Assembly (NCBI GenBank): GCA_035562415.1
Contig: DATMWY010000204.1
Location: 1-58,553 of the forward strand
Source: Candidatus Deferrimicrobium sp.
Lineage (GTDB): Bacteria; Zixibacteria; MSB-5A5; GN15; FEB-12
DNA length: 58,553 nt
Direction: 5' to 3'
Shown here: positions 35,341-45,348 of the stretch, in pieces
Layout of the letters: each line of letters begins with the position of its first letter
How positions within the stretch are numbered: the first letter of the stretch is position 1
Notes under the pieces: model-generated
What the model saw: the letters and a program-made list of their open reading frames with translations, nothing else
Told to the model about the DNA's origin: nothing
Databases searched by the model: none
Made by a program: the position numbers and the translations under genes

Positions 35341-36838
35341 GGATAGAGTCCCCAATCTGCCAGCGTCCGATGAGTTCCCAGGGCGACGGCATCGCTGTCG
35401 CTTTATGTCCCTTCGAAGCTGTCGTCACCGTCGTGCACGAAGCCGCTGTGGCCGCGGCAACGGCGATATGTTTGTACGCTTCCATGTCAAGACGGCGGTC
35501 GGCCATGTTTTTCTCGATGAAGCTGGTAAACGTCCTACCGGCTGAAAAGTCCGGGTGCGACAGGACGTCGATCATGAACCTCTTGGACGTTTTGACACCG
35601 AGGATTTTGTACTCATTGAGTGCCCGAATCATCTTGGCAATAGCCAGCTCGCGAGTTGGCGCGTGGACAATGAGCTTGGCCATTATGGGGTCATAGTCAA
35701 TGGTGATCTCTGAACCGCACTGTATGCCGGAGTCAGCGCGAATACCGGGACCGGATGGCTCCGTGTAGTGAATGATGCGGCCGCTTGACGGAAAGAAATT
35801 GTTCTCTCCGTCTTCGGCGTAGATACGGCATTCGATGGCATGCCCGCGCTGCGTCAGATGATAAAACTGTTCGCTGAGGGGAAGGCCGGCGGCAATGCGG
35901 ATCTGTTCGATCACAAGATCGGTGCCGGTGACCAGCTCGGTGACCGGATGCTCGACCTGCAGGCGCGTATTGACCTCGAGGAAATAGTAGTGGCCCGTCT
36001 CATCAAAGAGAAATTCAACCGTGCCGGCGTTCGTATAGTGGGCTGTCTGTGCTACTTTGACCGCATCGGCGCCCATGCGCGCGCGGAGTTCATCGGTGAG
36101 CGCCGTCGACGGGCTCTCTTCGATTATCTTTTGATGCCGGCGTTGAATAGAGCACTCCCGCTCAAAGACGTGAACGGTACGGTCGTGGTGGTCGCCCAGA
36201 ATCTGAAACTCGATATGCCGGGGATTGACCAGATATTTTTCGAGGTAAACGGTGTCATCGTCGAAGGCGTTTTTGGCTTCACGACGGGCCGCTTCGAGCG
36301 CCGCCGGAAGTTCATCGGGCCTGTGGACAACGCGCATCCCCTTACCACCGCCGCCGGCTGCCGCTTTGATAAGCACCGGGTAGCCTGCCTGCTTGGCGGC
36401 CTTTTCGAAAACCGACAAATCCGTTGCGGTCGATTTCATGCCGGGGATAATCGGCACTCCGGCTTCAGCCATCTTGATCCGCGACTCGATCTTGTTGCCC
36501 AGAAGGCGTATCGCCTCCGGTGTCGGACCGATAAACGTAATCTTTTCCTGTCGGCAGCGCTCCGCAAAGGCAGGATTCTCCGCCAGAAAGCCGTAGCCCG
36601 GATGAATCGCCTCGCAATCGGTCTGCTTTGCGGCCGTGATGATCTTATCGATGTCAAGGTATGACTCTCGCGGCGGCGACGCTCCGATATGCACCGATTC
36701 GTCGGCATAAAGACGATGCTTGCTGTCCTTGTCCGCATCCGAATAGACCGCCACCGACGGTATCCCCAGCGTCCGGCAGGCGTTCATCACCCGGATGGCG
36801 ATCTCGGAGCGGTTGGCGACGAGGATTTTGTTGAACAT
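35333..36838 (-). CDS. Biotin carboxylase subunit of an acyl-CoA carboxylase
   Basis: MFNKILVANRSEIAIRV.., ATP-grasp core (GYPVLIKAAAGGGGKGMRVV), EMNTR-type motif (FLEVNTRLQVEHPVTE). Starts at 36847 or 36850 are also possible. Confidence 0.92.
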   Translation of the reverse strand: MFNKILVANRSEIAIRVMNACRTLGIPSVAVYSDADKDSKHRLYADESVHIGASPPRESYLDIDKIITAAKQTDCEAIHPGYGFLAENPAFAERCRQEKITFIGPTPEAIRLLGNKIESRIKMAEAGVPIIPGMKSTATDLSVFEKAAKQAGYPVLIKAAAGGGGKGMRVVHRPDELPAALEAARREAKNAFDDDTVYLEKYLVNPRHIEFQILGDHHDRTVHVFERECSIQRRHQKIIEESPSTALTDELRARMGADAVKVAQTAHYTNAGTVEFLFDETGHYYFLEVNTRLQVEHPVTELVTGTDLVIEQIRIAAGLPLSEQFYHLTQRGHAIECRIYAEDGENNFFPSSGRIIHYTEPSGPGIRADSGIQCGSEITIDYDPIMAKLIVHAPTRELAIAKMIRALNEYKILGVKTSKRFMIDVLSHPDFSAGRTFTSFIEKNMADRRLDMEAYKHIAVAAATAASCTTVTTASKGHKATAMPSPWELIGRWQIGDSIHE

Positions 36839-36892
36839 TCTTTTCATCATCTTTATTCGTGGCCAGCAGATGTCCACATCTGCCGCCGCTTC

Positions 36893-36991
36893 GTCATTCC
36901 TGCGCAGGCAGGAATCCAGTATTTGTAGGTCATGAACCTTGTGGTTTTGACATTCTTCTTATGAGTCAGGAGCGCAAGGCTCCTGACCTAC
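36893..36991. repeat. Family D hairpin (36893-36917) followed by a GTAGGTCA..TGACCTAC-bracketed hairpin (36926-36991)
   Basis: GTCATTCCTGCGCAGGCAGGAATCC, then GTAGGTCA..TCAGGAGC-gcaag-GCTCCTGACCTAC. Confidence 0.8.
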
Positions 36992-37029
36992 TCGAACTAT
37001 CGCGAAGCATACTCTGAATAAACGACTCG

Positions 37030-37989
37030 CTAATCGTCATGCTCCTTTTCCGGTCGAACCCATCGAACGACAGCCCGACTGAAAGCCTCAAAGTAAAGCG
37101 AAAGAAGGAGGGCACCGCCTGCAAGTACAGTAACTCCTCCGACCAATATCCACCATCCAATCGACTGGCCACTCACTACGAGACTCAGACCTATGCCTCC
37201 TAGATATTGAGTAAGTCCCCCAACTAATGCCACTGAGCCTGCGAAGATAGCAATATTAAATACTGAACGACTAATACCCGGACGCTTGGATGCTCTGATG
37301 AGGGTCCGGAGAACGTGACTTTCAAGCGCACGGATAGTATATGCACACACGAGCTGCCGATAAAAGTCGCGGCCGTCCGGCTCGTACATGTGATAGAACG
37401 TATCACCGCCATAAAACTCGTTACGAGGGTCAATGGGATCAATGGCGGCATTTGCAAAGGCAGACTTCGTCTCGTTGACTCTGTTCGGAATGACTGGTCC
37501 AAGGATATCAAAGGCCATCCGACTTGCCATACTTCTAAGTAGTACATCTCCAGTTGATAGGAACAGGCTATTGTTCTTATCAACCCCATAACCTTCATCA
37601 CGAAGGTGTGAGTGGTATTGATGAGCGAGGTCTCGAATCGTTAACAACCGACCTTTCGCTTCCTCCCGCGACGGTCTGCGGGAGCGATCTTTGCCCCAGA
37701 GGATTTCCTTAGCTTTCTCCTCAGCGAATCCAAAGTCTGCAATCACAAGATCATAAGGACCATTGCGCGATACGCGTTCGATATTTCGAATCGTTTTCTC
37801 AGAGACCTTCCAAAAACCTGGCTGCTCTGGAATTTCATCAAGCTCAACATCAACATGGTGAATATCCAATATCACCGTAACATCTTCATGAACCACACGA
37901 TGACCAGCCAACAGCTTTTCAAGTGCGACATTCATGTCCTCATCGTCGTCGATGAGTATTAGTCGGTACCGAATCATTCGCTGTCGCAT
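37030..37989 (-). CDS. Orphan protein: receiver-like N-terminal domain + two C-terminal TM helices, family unknown
   Basis: 319 aa, GGAGG upstream of the ATG. YRLILIDDDEDM and YDLVIADFGF resemble REC beta1/beta3. C-terminal hydrophobic segments VFNIAIFAGSVALVGGLTQYLGGIGLSLVV and IGWWILVGGVTVLAGGALLLSLYF. Spot G+C is lower than the flanks. Confidence 0.7.
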   Translation of the reverse strand: MRQRMIRYRLILIDDDEDMNVALEKLLAGHRVVHEDVTVILDIHHVDVELDEIPEQPGFWKVSEKTIRNIERVSRNGPYDLVIADFGFAEEKAKEILWGKDRSRRPSREEAKGRLLTIRDLAHQYHSHLRDEGYGVDKNNSLFLSTGDVLLRSMASRMAFDILGPVIPNRVNETKSAFANAAIDPIDPRNEFYGGDTFYHMYEPDGRDFYRQLVCAYTIRALESHVLRTLIRASKRPGISRSVFNIAIFAGSVALVGGLTQYLGGIGLSLVVSGQSIGWWILVGGVTVLAGGALLLSLYFEAFSRAVVRWVRPEKEHDD

Positions 37990-38101
37990 CTTCCCAAGCC
38001 TCCTTCCGATCTATGACAAAAAGCCTTGTAGGGCCTGTGCTCTGCGCACCTGCCTATATATTATTTGCAGCATCACAGGGATCCTGCTCCACTTGTGATT
38101 G

Positions 38102-38884
38102 TCAATCCACCCACCCCGGCTTCCTCTTGTGCAAATACGCCGCCATCCCCTCCTGCCCTTCCTCGGAGATTCGCAGGCGGGCGATCATCTCGGCGGTGTA
38201 CGGTTTGAACTGCTTTGGCGTCATGGATGGCACCTCGCTAATGAGTTTCTTTGCCATAGCTACAGCTTCCGGCCCGGAGGAAAGGATTGACGCGGTCAGT
38301 TTTTCGACTTCGGTGTCGAGTTGCTCATCGTCAACGACTTTGTTAACGAGCCCCACTTCGGCGGCGCGATCGGCGGTCATTCGTTCGCCGGTGATGAACA
38401 ATTCCCTCGTCCTTCCTTCCCCGACCTTCTTGACGACGTATGGTCCGATGCAGGCCGGAATGACGCCGATCTTCACCTCGGAAAACGAAAAGACGGCCGA
38501 CCGCGCGGCTATGGCAATGTCGCACACGGCGACAAACCCCGCGCCGCCGCCGATGGCAGCGCCGTTGATTCTGCCGATAATGGGACGCTTGCAGGTGTAC
38601 ATGCGATGAAACAACTCCGCCAAAGCGTTGGACTCGGCGAGGTTTTGCTCGAATGATTGGTGTATCACCGCGCGCATCCAGTTCAGGTCGGCTCCGGCGC
38701 AAAACGATTTGCCGGCGCCGGTCAGGACGACGACGCGCACCTTGTCGTCCTTCTCGATCTGTTCAAAGACGTCCAGCATCTCGGTGATCACGGTCGCATT
38801 GAAAGCGTTGTGGATCTCCGGGCGGTTGAAGGTAATCCGCGCCACCCGGTTTTGCTTCTCGTACTTAACAGTTGTGTAATTCAT
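38102..38884 (-). CDS. Enoyl-CoA hydratase/isomerase family (methylglutaconyl-CoA hydratase-like)
   Basis: 260 aa from the ATG at 38884: VARITFNRPEIHNAFN..VVLTGAGKSFCAGADL..GAAIGGGAG. Confidence 0.9.
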   Translation of the reverse strand: MNYTTVKYEKQNRVARITFNRPEIHNAFNATVITEMLDVFEQIEKDDKVRVVVLTGAGKSFCAGADLNWMRAVIHQSFEQNLAESNALAELFHRMYTCKRPIIGRINGAAIGGGAGFVAVCDIAIAARSAVFSFSEVKIGVIPACIGPYVVKKVGEGRTRELFITGERMTADRAAEVGLVNKVVDDEQLDTEVEKLTASILSSGPEAVAMAKKLISEVPSMTPKQFKPYTAEMIARLRISEEGQEGMAAYLHKRKPGWVD

Positions 38885-38890
38885 ACTCTT

Positions 38891-38917
38891 GTAGGGCAGG
38901 TCTGCTTCAGACCTGCC
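38891..38917. repeat. REP hairpin, family A (single unit)
   Basis: GTAGGGCAGGTCTGCTTCAGACCTGCC, 7 nt from the hydratase start codon. Confidence 0.85.
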
Positions 38918-38929
38918 AATAATAGCTCC

Positions 38930-39039
38930 GTAGGTCGGATTCCAAGTCCCGCTTTTGCGGGACGAGAAAGCCGACATCTTCTCCGAAAGTTGTTGTCGGG
39001 TTTCTCATTCCGCTTCGCTCCAATCGGAACCCGACCTAC
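38930..39039 (+). repeat. 110-bp MITE/REP-like element, family B, copy 2
   Basis: Same ends and nested palindromes as 23192-23301. Sits inside the carboxyltransferase-hydratase intergenic spacer. Confidence 0.85.
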
Positions 39040-39092
39040 TATCTACATGTAATCGGCGCACGAGGACGTACGCCGACCACGTAAGCCTGCCG

Positions 39093-40700
39093 TTACATTC
39101 TAAAAACGCCATACTGCTGATCCGGAATCGGCGCATTGAGCGACATCGAGATCCCCAGCGCCAGCGCCTGGCGCGTCTCCGTAAAGCCGAGCATGCCGTC
39201 ATCCCACAGCCGCGCGCCCGAAAAGTACGGCGTCGATTCGGCCTCGTATTTCTCGATGATTGGCCTGCGAATGGCGTCAATATCCTGTTGAGAAAGCTTG
39301 CGCCCCTCAGCTTCAAGCTGCTGAATCTTGACCGTCGCGAGCACGTCCGCCGCCTGCTCGCCGCCCATCACGCATATCCGCGCATTGGGCCACATCCACA
39401 TCAGACGCGGAAAGTACCCGCGACCGCACATGGCATAATTGCCGGCGCCATAGGAACCGCCAACGACGATGGTAAACTTGGGTACATCGGCGTTGGCCAC
39501 GGCGTGAACCATCTTGGCGCCGTCGCGTGCGATACCGCCGGCTTCATACTGCCGACCGACGATAAAGCCGGAAATGTTTTGCAGGAATATGAGTGGAATT
39601 TTGCGCATGGTACACAACTCTATGAAATGCGCCCCTTTGACCGATGACTCCGAGAAAAGGACGCCGTTGTTTCCGATAATCCCCACGAGGTATCCCATGA
39701 TACGAGCGAATCCGGTCACCAGAGAAGCCCCGAACAACTCTTTGAACTCATGAAAGCGCGAGCCGTCCACGAGACGGGCGATAACCTCGCGCACGTCGAA
39801 CTGCTTGCGGACGTCGCAGGAGACAACGCCGTAAAGTTCTTCCGGATCATAGTAGGGGTCCTCCGGGTCGGTGCGATCCAGATTGAAGCGCGGTGGGCGA
39901 TTGAGATTCTCGACGATATTGCGGCAGATTTTCAGAGCATGCTCGTCGTTCTGCGCATAATGGTCGGTTACACCCGAGACGCGACAGTGAACATCGGCTC
40001 CACCCAGCTCCTCAGCAGTGACGACCTCTCCGGTGGCCGCCTTCACCAGCGGCGGTCCGCCGATAAAGATAGTCCCCTGCTTGCGCACGATGACCACTTC
40101 ATCCGACATCGCCGGTTGATACGCGCCACCGGCAGTGCAGGACCCCAGCACCGCGGAAATCTGGGCGATGCCTTTGGCCGACATCCGCGCCTGATTGTAA
40201 AAAATTCGCCCGAAATGATCTTTGTCGGGAAACGTTCCGGCTTGCAGCGGGAGGAAGATGCCGCCGGAGTCGACGAGGTACACGCAGGGCAGATAGTTGG
40301 CCTCGGCAACGGCCTGGGCGCGAGCGTGCTTGAGGATTGTCATCGGATAGTACGTGCCACCCTTGACGGTGGCGTCATTGACGATAACCATTACTTCGCG
40401 TCCGTGCACGACGCCGATACCGGTGATGATTCCGGCCGCCGGAGCCTCGTTATCGTACATGTCACAGGCCGCCAACGGGCTCAATTCGAGAAAAGGCGTA
40501 TGGGGATCAAGCAGTCGCGCCAGACGGTCGCGGGGCAGCAATTTGCCTCGTTCAACGTGGCGCTGCCGTGATTTCTCCGGTCCCCCCCGTTTCACCTTTT
40601 CGAGGCGCTGTTTGAATTCGGCGTGAAAGGCCTTGTTCTTGTCGTAGTTTTCCTTGTAGACGTCGGACTTCGTATTGATTTTGGATTCTATTCGAAACAT
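39093..40700 (-). CDS. Acyl-CoA carboxylase carboxyltransferase (beta) subunit, methylcrotonyl-CoA carboxylase-like
   Basis: 535 aa from the ATG at 40700. Typical carboxyl_trans sequence ([39 protein letters not shown]). Confidence 0.92.
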   Translation of the reverse strand: MFRIESKINTKSDVYKENYDKNKAFHAEFKQRLEKVKRGGPEKSRQRHVERGKLLPRDRLARLLDPHTPFLELSPLAACDMYDNEAPAAGIITGIGVVHGREVMVIVNDATVKGGTYYPMTILKHARAQAVAEANYLPCVYLVDSGGIFLPLQAGTFPDKDHFGRIFYNQARMSAKGIAQISAVLGSCTAGGAYQPAMSDEVVIVRKQGTIFIGGPPLVKAATGEVVTAEELGGADVHCRVSGVTDHYAQNDEHALKICRNIVENLNRPPRFNLDRTDPEDPYYDPEELYGVVSCDVRKQFDVREVIARLVDGSRFHEFKELFGASLVTGFARIMGYLVGIIGNNGVLFSESSVKGAHFIELCTMRKIPLIFLQNISGFIVGRQYEAGGIARDGAKMVHAVANADVPKFTIVVGGSYGAGNYAMCGRGYFPRLMWMWPNARICVMGGEQAADVLATVKIQQLEAEGRKLSQQDIDAIRRPIIEKYEAESTPYFSGARLWDDGMLGFTETRQALALGISMSLNAPIPDQQYGVFRM

Positions 40701-40866
40701 CGAAAAGCACTCTACCGTTTGACTCGCATTGTTCCTTTCAGTCGCCCAACGCGTTCGCACTCAAGAAGTAACTTCGAACGTTCTGCGCCGGGCGTCATTT
40801 ACGCGAAAAATATAGGCGAGGAAGAACCGCTTGGCAAGGACGGCGAATAAACGCGCGTGCGGATAG

Positions 40867-41904
40867 TTACTGGCCGTCTCTAAGTCGAGGCTGATGAAAC
40901 ATAGCCGCCGAGAGCTTCGCCTGCTCACATAGCCGAGACACGAGCGCCGGGGATTCCACCAGCCGGATAATCCGGTCCGCGAGACCAACAGGATCGTTTG
41001 GTCGCACCATGAGGCCATTGACACCATCTACGACCATTTCCGAAATACCTCCCGCCGGGGTTGTGACGACCGGCAGTCCGATTGTAAGCGCAGCCGGCAA
41101 TGAATACGGCAGGCAATCGATGGTCGACGCGTTCACGTACAGGTCTACCTGCGACAACTGGGCGGCCAATTCAGTCAGGTTCAGACGGCCTGCAAATGAC
41201 ACGCCATGTATCCCTTTCGCGGCGACCAGATCCGACAACTGGCCACGCAGTGAGCCGTCACCCGCGACAACCATCTCAGTTCGCGGATACTTTTGTTTCA
41301 CAAGCCGAAGTGCTTCCAGAGCACAGGCGATATTGTTTCTGGCTTCCAGAGAGCGAGCCACTATGATCCGTGGCTGCACGCTATGAATTTCACGTGGTTG
41401 AAAAAGCTCATCGTCGACTGCCGGAAGGCGGACCTCCGTTGTGACGCCGTGACCCGCCAGCATAGTCGCCAGGAAATTGGTCGACACGACAATCTTGTCG
41501 CACAGGCGCATGAGCGGTGTCATCCACCAGCCGGCCCGTGCCAGCCGGGTCGGCGCATTGTTGTCGCTGTAGCTTAGAATCGTGCGTTTTCCAAGGAATC
41601 GTCCGAGGATGAGCGCCGGCGCCGCTTGTCTGGCGAATGAACTGCCGGAGGCAGTTTCAATGTGGACAGTGCCGCAATCGGAGATGGCTCGGAACAGATT
41701 TCTAGCGCCGAGCAAGACGCGCGGCAGTCCTGACCACCAGCCGATGGGAGATGCCGAAGCATTCGGGTACAGAAGGTCGTCTGTGTTATGATCGGGTGCA
41801 ATGAAAAGCACACCGTCCTGTTGCCCGTCGCCACCACGGCCCAGATCGTCGCGATTGACGACGGGCGACCGGTAGGCAGCTATATCCTCAGCCCTTAACG
41901 TCAC
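40867..41904 (-). CDS. GT4-family (GT-B fold) glycosyltransferase
   Basis: C-terminal half has the typical GT4 pattern (VVAGDGSLRGQL.., LYVNASTIDCLPYSLPAALTIGLPVVTT, EMVVDGVNGLMV). GTG start, uncertain. Confidence 0.8.
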   Translation of the reverse strand: MTLRAEDIAAYRSPVVNRDDLGRGGDGQQDGVLFIAPDHNTDDLLYPNASASPIGWWSGLPRVLLGARNLFRAISDCGTVHIETASGSSFARQAAPALILGRFLGKRTILSYSDNNAPTRLARAGWWMTPLMRLCDKIVVSTNFLATMLAGHGVTTEVRLPAVDDELFQPREIHSVQPRIIVARSLEARNNIACALEALRLVKQKYPRTEMVVAGDGSLRGQLSDLVAAKGIHGVSFAGRLNLTELAAQLSQVDLYVNASTIDCLPYSLPAALTIGLPVVTTPAGGISEMVVDGVNGLMVRPNDPVGLADRIIRLVESPALVSRLCEQAKLSAAMFHQPRLRDGQ

Positions 41905-42101
41905 GCCATCATTCCGCCAGTTTCCATTCTTTCCTTTCTACCCATGAGAGGAGAGATGGTTTTGTTTCCCGCCTGGTATGCCGTACTGTCTTGTCTTAAT
42001 GAGGTGGCGTCCGGAAACGGCGAAGGCGTCCGATTGCACTCAAGTGCATTCCCAGCCTTCCTGCTCTGGTTCCCCTCTGAAGCTGCCCACTTACGGATTA
42101 T

Positions 42102-44651
42102 CTAAAACAGTATGACCAGTTTCCCGATCTGCACGCCGCCGTGCTCGTCCTCAACCGTCCAGTAATACAGTCCGGAGACGACCATCTGAGTGTTGCGGGT
42201 GACCAGGTCCCACTCTTGATAGGACGAGTTTGGGTCCGATCGGTCGAAATCATGTTCGATCGCCCGAATCAAGTCGCCGTCGAGAGAAAATATCCGGATA
42301 GTGCATCGGGCCGGCAGATTGGCGAAGGTGATTTTCCGCACTCGATCGTTTGAACGATCTTCCTCTCCCCGACCTTCATACCCCGCGTCACGGTAGCCGG
42401 CATCGCCTCGGTACGGATTGGGATAAACATAGACGTTGCCGATTTTGTCGGGAGCTTCGGCGCTCTGACTGTTCGGGTAGGCCGACAGTGCCGTTCCAGT
42501 CTTGGACGATTCCAAAGGCGCCAATTCCGACTGGGGCGAGCCGACGTCGTAGGCGGTCACGGCAATAAAGTAAGGGACACTGGACAGCAGGCTCCTGATT
42601 TCAAACTCATATTCGTAGTACTTGAGCAATCCCTCGGCCGTCAGCTGCTCCGGACGGGCCTGATCAAGCGGGCCGGGTTCGGGTTCTTCGGGACATACCT
42701 TTCTGATAGGCGTCGAAACTCCCCACTCATCCTGGTTGAAGTCATGCGCGTCAAAGTAAAAGATGGAATCCGGAAACCGAGGATGCACATACGGGTAATC
42801 GGACGTAAACCGGAGGGGATCGAAACCGCTGTCCGAACAAGGGTCTGTTCCGCGGCCGTACAGGCAGCGAAGCTGTTCCAACGTGAACGGATCCTCCAGC
42901 TGCTGAAAGCCGGGATTGCGGCGCCGTTTGGCGCTGTACACGTATTTGTCATAGTTCTCCCGGTCATACTGCGCCACGAGCGAAAAACTCGTCTCTCGCG
43001 GGTCGCGGGCTATGTAAATCCGATACCCTTCAAAATCGATCAGGTTCGAAAAGATGTCTTTTGTTCTCTCCGAAAAGGTACCGTTGAAACGAATCTTCAG
43101 ACCGCCGAGTGTCGGCGTCACCCAGAAACGAGGCGCTGGCGGAGCTTCGGCCGCCTTGAGATCGGGTATGCCGTCCCCGCGAAAGTAGGTTGTCTCCCCT
43201 TCGCACGTCACGAATTCGCCCCGGTACTCATCGCCATCGGTATCATATCCGGGAATGTCGTATACCCAATCTGCCGTCACCGCGTTATCGATCAGCGAAG
43301 AAAAATCGACGTTTCTGTAATAGGCATCGGGGTTATAACGATTGCGCAGATTCGAACTGAAATTGCTGCGCACGGAATGGAATTCCTCGCCGGCCACAAA
43401 GGCGATGGGAACGGAAATGGAACCCCCGGGGAGCAATACGTACGGCCCCGACGAGAGAAGCTGCTGCACGTCGACGCCCAGGACGACTCGTTCCGCCGCC
43501 CGCTGACTGGGCATAACCCATACCGGGTCCCAACTGCCGATGGTGCGGGCAAAGGCCTGATCATAATCCACCTCGTCGTTGCTCAAGAGCCAGTAGAACC
43601 GACGATCACCATAGGGAGTGCCGGTGCCGTTGCCCATAAAGCGGTACTTGCCGCGACTCTGCGGCCCGAAGTCAAAGTCGGGACTATAATTGTAGACCCA
43701 CCAATTGTAGGTCATGGGGCGGTTCGACGCCGCCGGATGTAAAAACCTGACCCCGGCCACGTGCGGCACCTGAAATCCCCCGCCGCTCAATGGATCACCG
43801 TCATTGTCGGCCGTCCAGGCGATGCCCAGCGTGTCCATAAACTCACACTCCCCGCGAGTAACCGCGGAGGTGAAGAGGTACCCCGACAAGTCGTCTCTGC
43901 CACCGGTGGTCCCCTTGACCCCCCATGGTTCAACTCCCCCAAGCAGGCGCTGACCCGGATGGACATCCCCGTCCCAGTACATGCCAATGTACGCGTCGCG
44001 GAGTACCTTATCCCCAATGTTGCGAATCTCGAACACGATTATAACGAAATCGTCCGTGTGGCCATACGACCAGGCATAGGAGCGTTGCGTTACTTCGAGG
44101 TTTAACGGTTTATGTCTTCGACCTTCCAGGGCATCGAACGTGGGATAAGGCCCGCGGGCCACCGTGTCGACGTATACGGCGACAAAGTCCTCTTCCGAAA
44201 CCGCCTCCAACCGATCCGGGGAGTCGAAATCGACGACCGACCTGTGCAGAAGGTCAAAGACGGGATACATCTCGCTATTGTCGTTATTAAACTGATTGGC
44301 CGTGGTCACAAGCGTGTCTCGACCGACAACGGCTCCGATCCACAGCGCCCCTTTGTACAGATACGTCGTGTTCGATCCCTTCGGATACTCCCCCAGCGGC
44401 GCCAAAACACCTGTGAAGCAGTCCAAGCGCGCTACAACTCCTCGGCCGACGCCAACGCGACCGAAATTCGTTACACCAAAAACCAATCGGCCAACGTCGT
44501 TCAAACCGAGGCAGTACGGGACCCCGGCCGCGGCTTGCCGCATTTCTTCTTCCTTCGTGTCCGAGCTCTGGCCCCCGGCATCGAGGATCATTAGCAGAGA
44601 TAACAGCGCTGAAGCTGCGAAGACTCGAGTTATTGTACGAAGCTGTCTCAC
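42102..44651 (-). CDS. Large secreted hypothetical protein with T9SS-like C-terminal domain
   Basis: 849 aa. GTG start and signal peptide (RVFAASALLSLLMILDAGG). C-terminal VYVYPNPY..ITFANLP..TIRIFSLDGDLI..GLYYW. No family recognised for the body. Confidence 0.75.
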   Translation of the reverse strand: MRQLRTITRVFAASALLSLLMILDAGGQSSDTKEEEMRQAAAGVPYCLGLNDVGRLVFGVTNFGRVGVGRGVVARLDCFTGVLAPLGEYPKGSNTTYLYKGALWIGAVVGRDTLVTTANQFNNDNSEMYPVFDLLHRSVVDFDSPDRLEAVSEEDFVAVYVDTVARGPYPTFDALEGRRHKPLNLEVTQRSYAWSYGHTDDFVIIVFEIRNIGDKVLRDAYIGMYWDGDVHPGQRLLGGVEPWGVKGTTGGRDDLSGYLFTSAVTRGECEFMDTLGIAWTADNDGDPLSGGGFQVPHVAGVRFLHPAASNRPMTYNWWVYNYSPDFDFGPQSRGKYRFMGNGTGTPYGDRRFYWLLSNDEVDYDQAFARTIGSWDPVWVMPSQRAAERVVLGVDVQQLLSSGPYVLLPGGSISVPIAFVAGEEFHSVRSNFSSNLRNRYNPDAYYRNVDFSSLIDNAVTADWVYDIPGYDTDGDEYRGEFVTCEGETTYFRGDGIPDLKAAEAPPAPRFWVTPTLGGLKIRFNGTFSERTKDIFSNLIDFEGYRIYIARDPRETSFSLVAQYDRENYDKYVYSAKRRRNPGFQQLEDPFTLEQLRCLYGRGTDPCSDSGFDPLRFTSDYPYVHPRFPDSIFYFDAHDFNQDEWGVSTPIRKVCPEEPEPGPLDQARPEQLTAEGLLKYYEYEFEIRSLLSSVPYFIAVTAYDVGSPQSELAPLESSKTGTALSAYPNSQSAEAPDKIGNVYVYPNPYRGDAGYRDAGYEGRGEEDRSNDRVRKITFANLPARCTIRIFSLDGDLIRAIEHDFDRSDPNSSYQEWDLVTRNTQMVVSGLYYWTVEDEHGGVQIGKLVILF

Positions 44652-44947
44652 GCGGGTGGTACCGTCTTTCCGAAGCTGCGGAGGTTTGACCTTAAGACCT
44701 GAACGAGCGAAGTCTTTCTCTCAATAGAGATTCCGTATTCCTGACCATCGGCCGGTAACTAACAGTACGAGATAGAATCGGGCAAGCGTAAGTTTGTTCC
44801 CCCCGGAAAGCAAGGACATAGGGAGAAAGACGCTGTTCTTATGATGCCCTTCACCGGACTGCCGGCGGCAATGTCGTGCCGGTGACCGGACCGTTCGCCG
44901 CTAGCCCTCCGGAATCGCCACGAACTTTTCCGGAACTGGCGACACCC

Positions 44948-45265
44948 TCAGTTGGTGTCGTCGTCAAAGGGAGAGATTTTCTCGGGGATTCGGACGATGA
45001 GATCAGACCGTACTTTGCACTGGCAGGCCAACCGGGATGTCTCGCTGAGAGTCTCGACTTCGTCCAGCATATCCATTTCATCTTCGGTCATGCCGTTCAG
45101 AGCATCGAAACCGTCTTCAACGATCACATGACAGGTCGAACAGGCACAATTGCCGCCGCAGTTGTGGTCGATACGGATATTGTTGTCAAGGGCGGCATCG
45201 AGCACTGATGTCCCTTCGCGGACTTCGATTTCCACGTCGGCGGGCAGAAATCGCACTTTTGGCAT
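44948..45265 (-). CDS. 2Fe-2S ferredoxin, adrenodoxin/Fdx (ISC) type
   Basis: MPKVRFLP..CGGNCACSTCH..LACQ four-Cys pattern. Confidence 0.88.
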   Translation of the reverse strand: MPKVRFLPADVEIEVREGTSVLDAALDNNIRIDHNCGGNCACSTCHVIVEDGFDALNGMTEDEMDMLDEVETLSETSRLACQCKVRSDLIVRIPEKISPFDDDTN

Positions 45266-45348
45266 CAACAGAGCCTCGTCAACTGACATGCCGCATGCTC
45301 CCCAGTGTCTCCGAGAGTGGTTCGCCTGGCCATGTCACTGGCTTCGCA

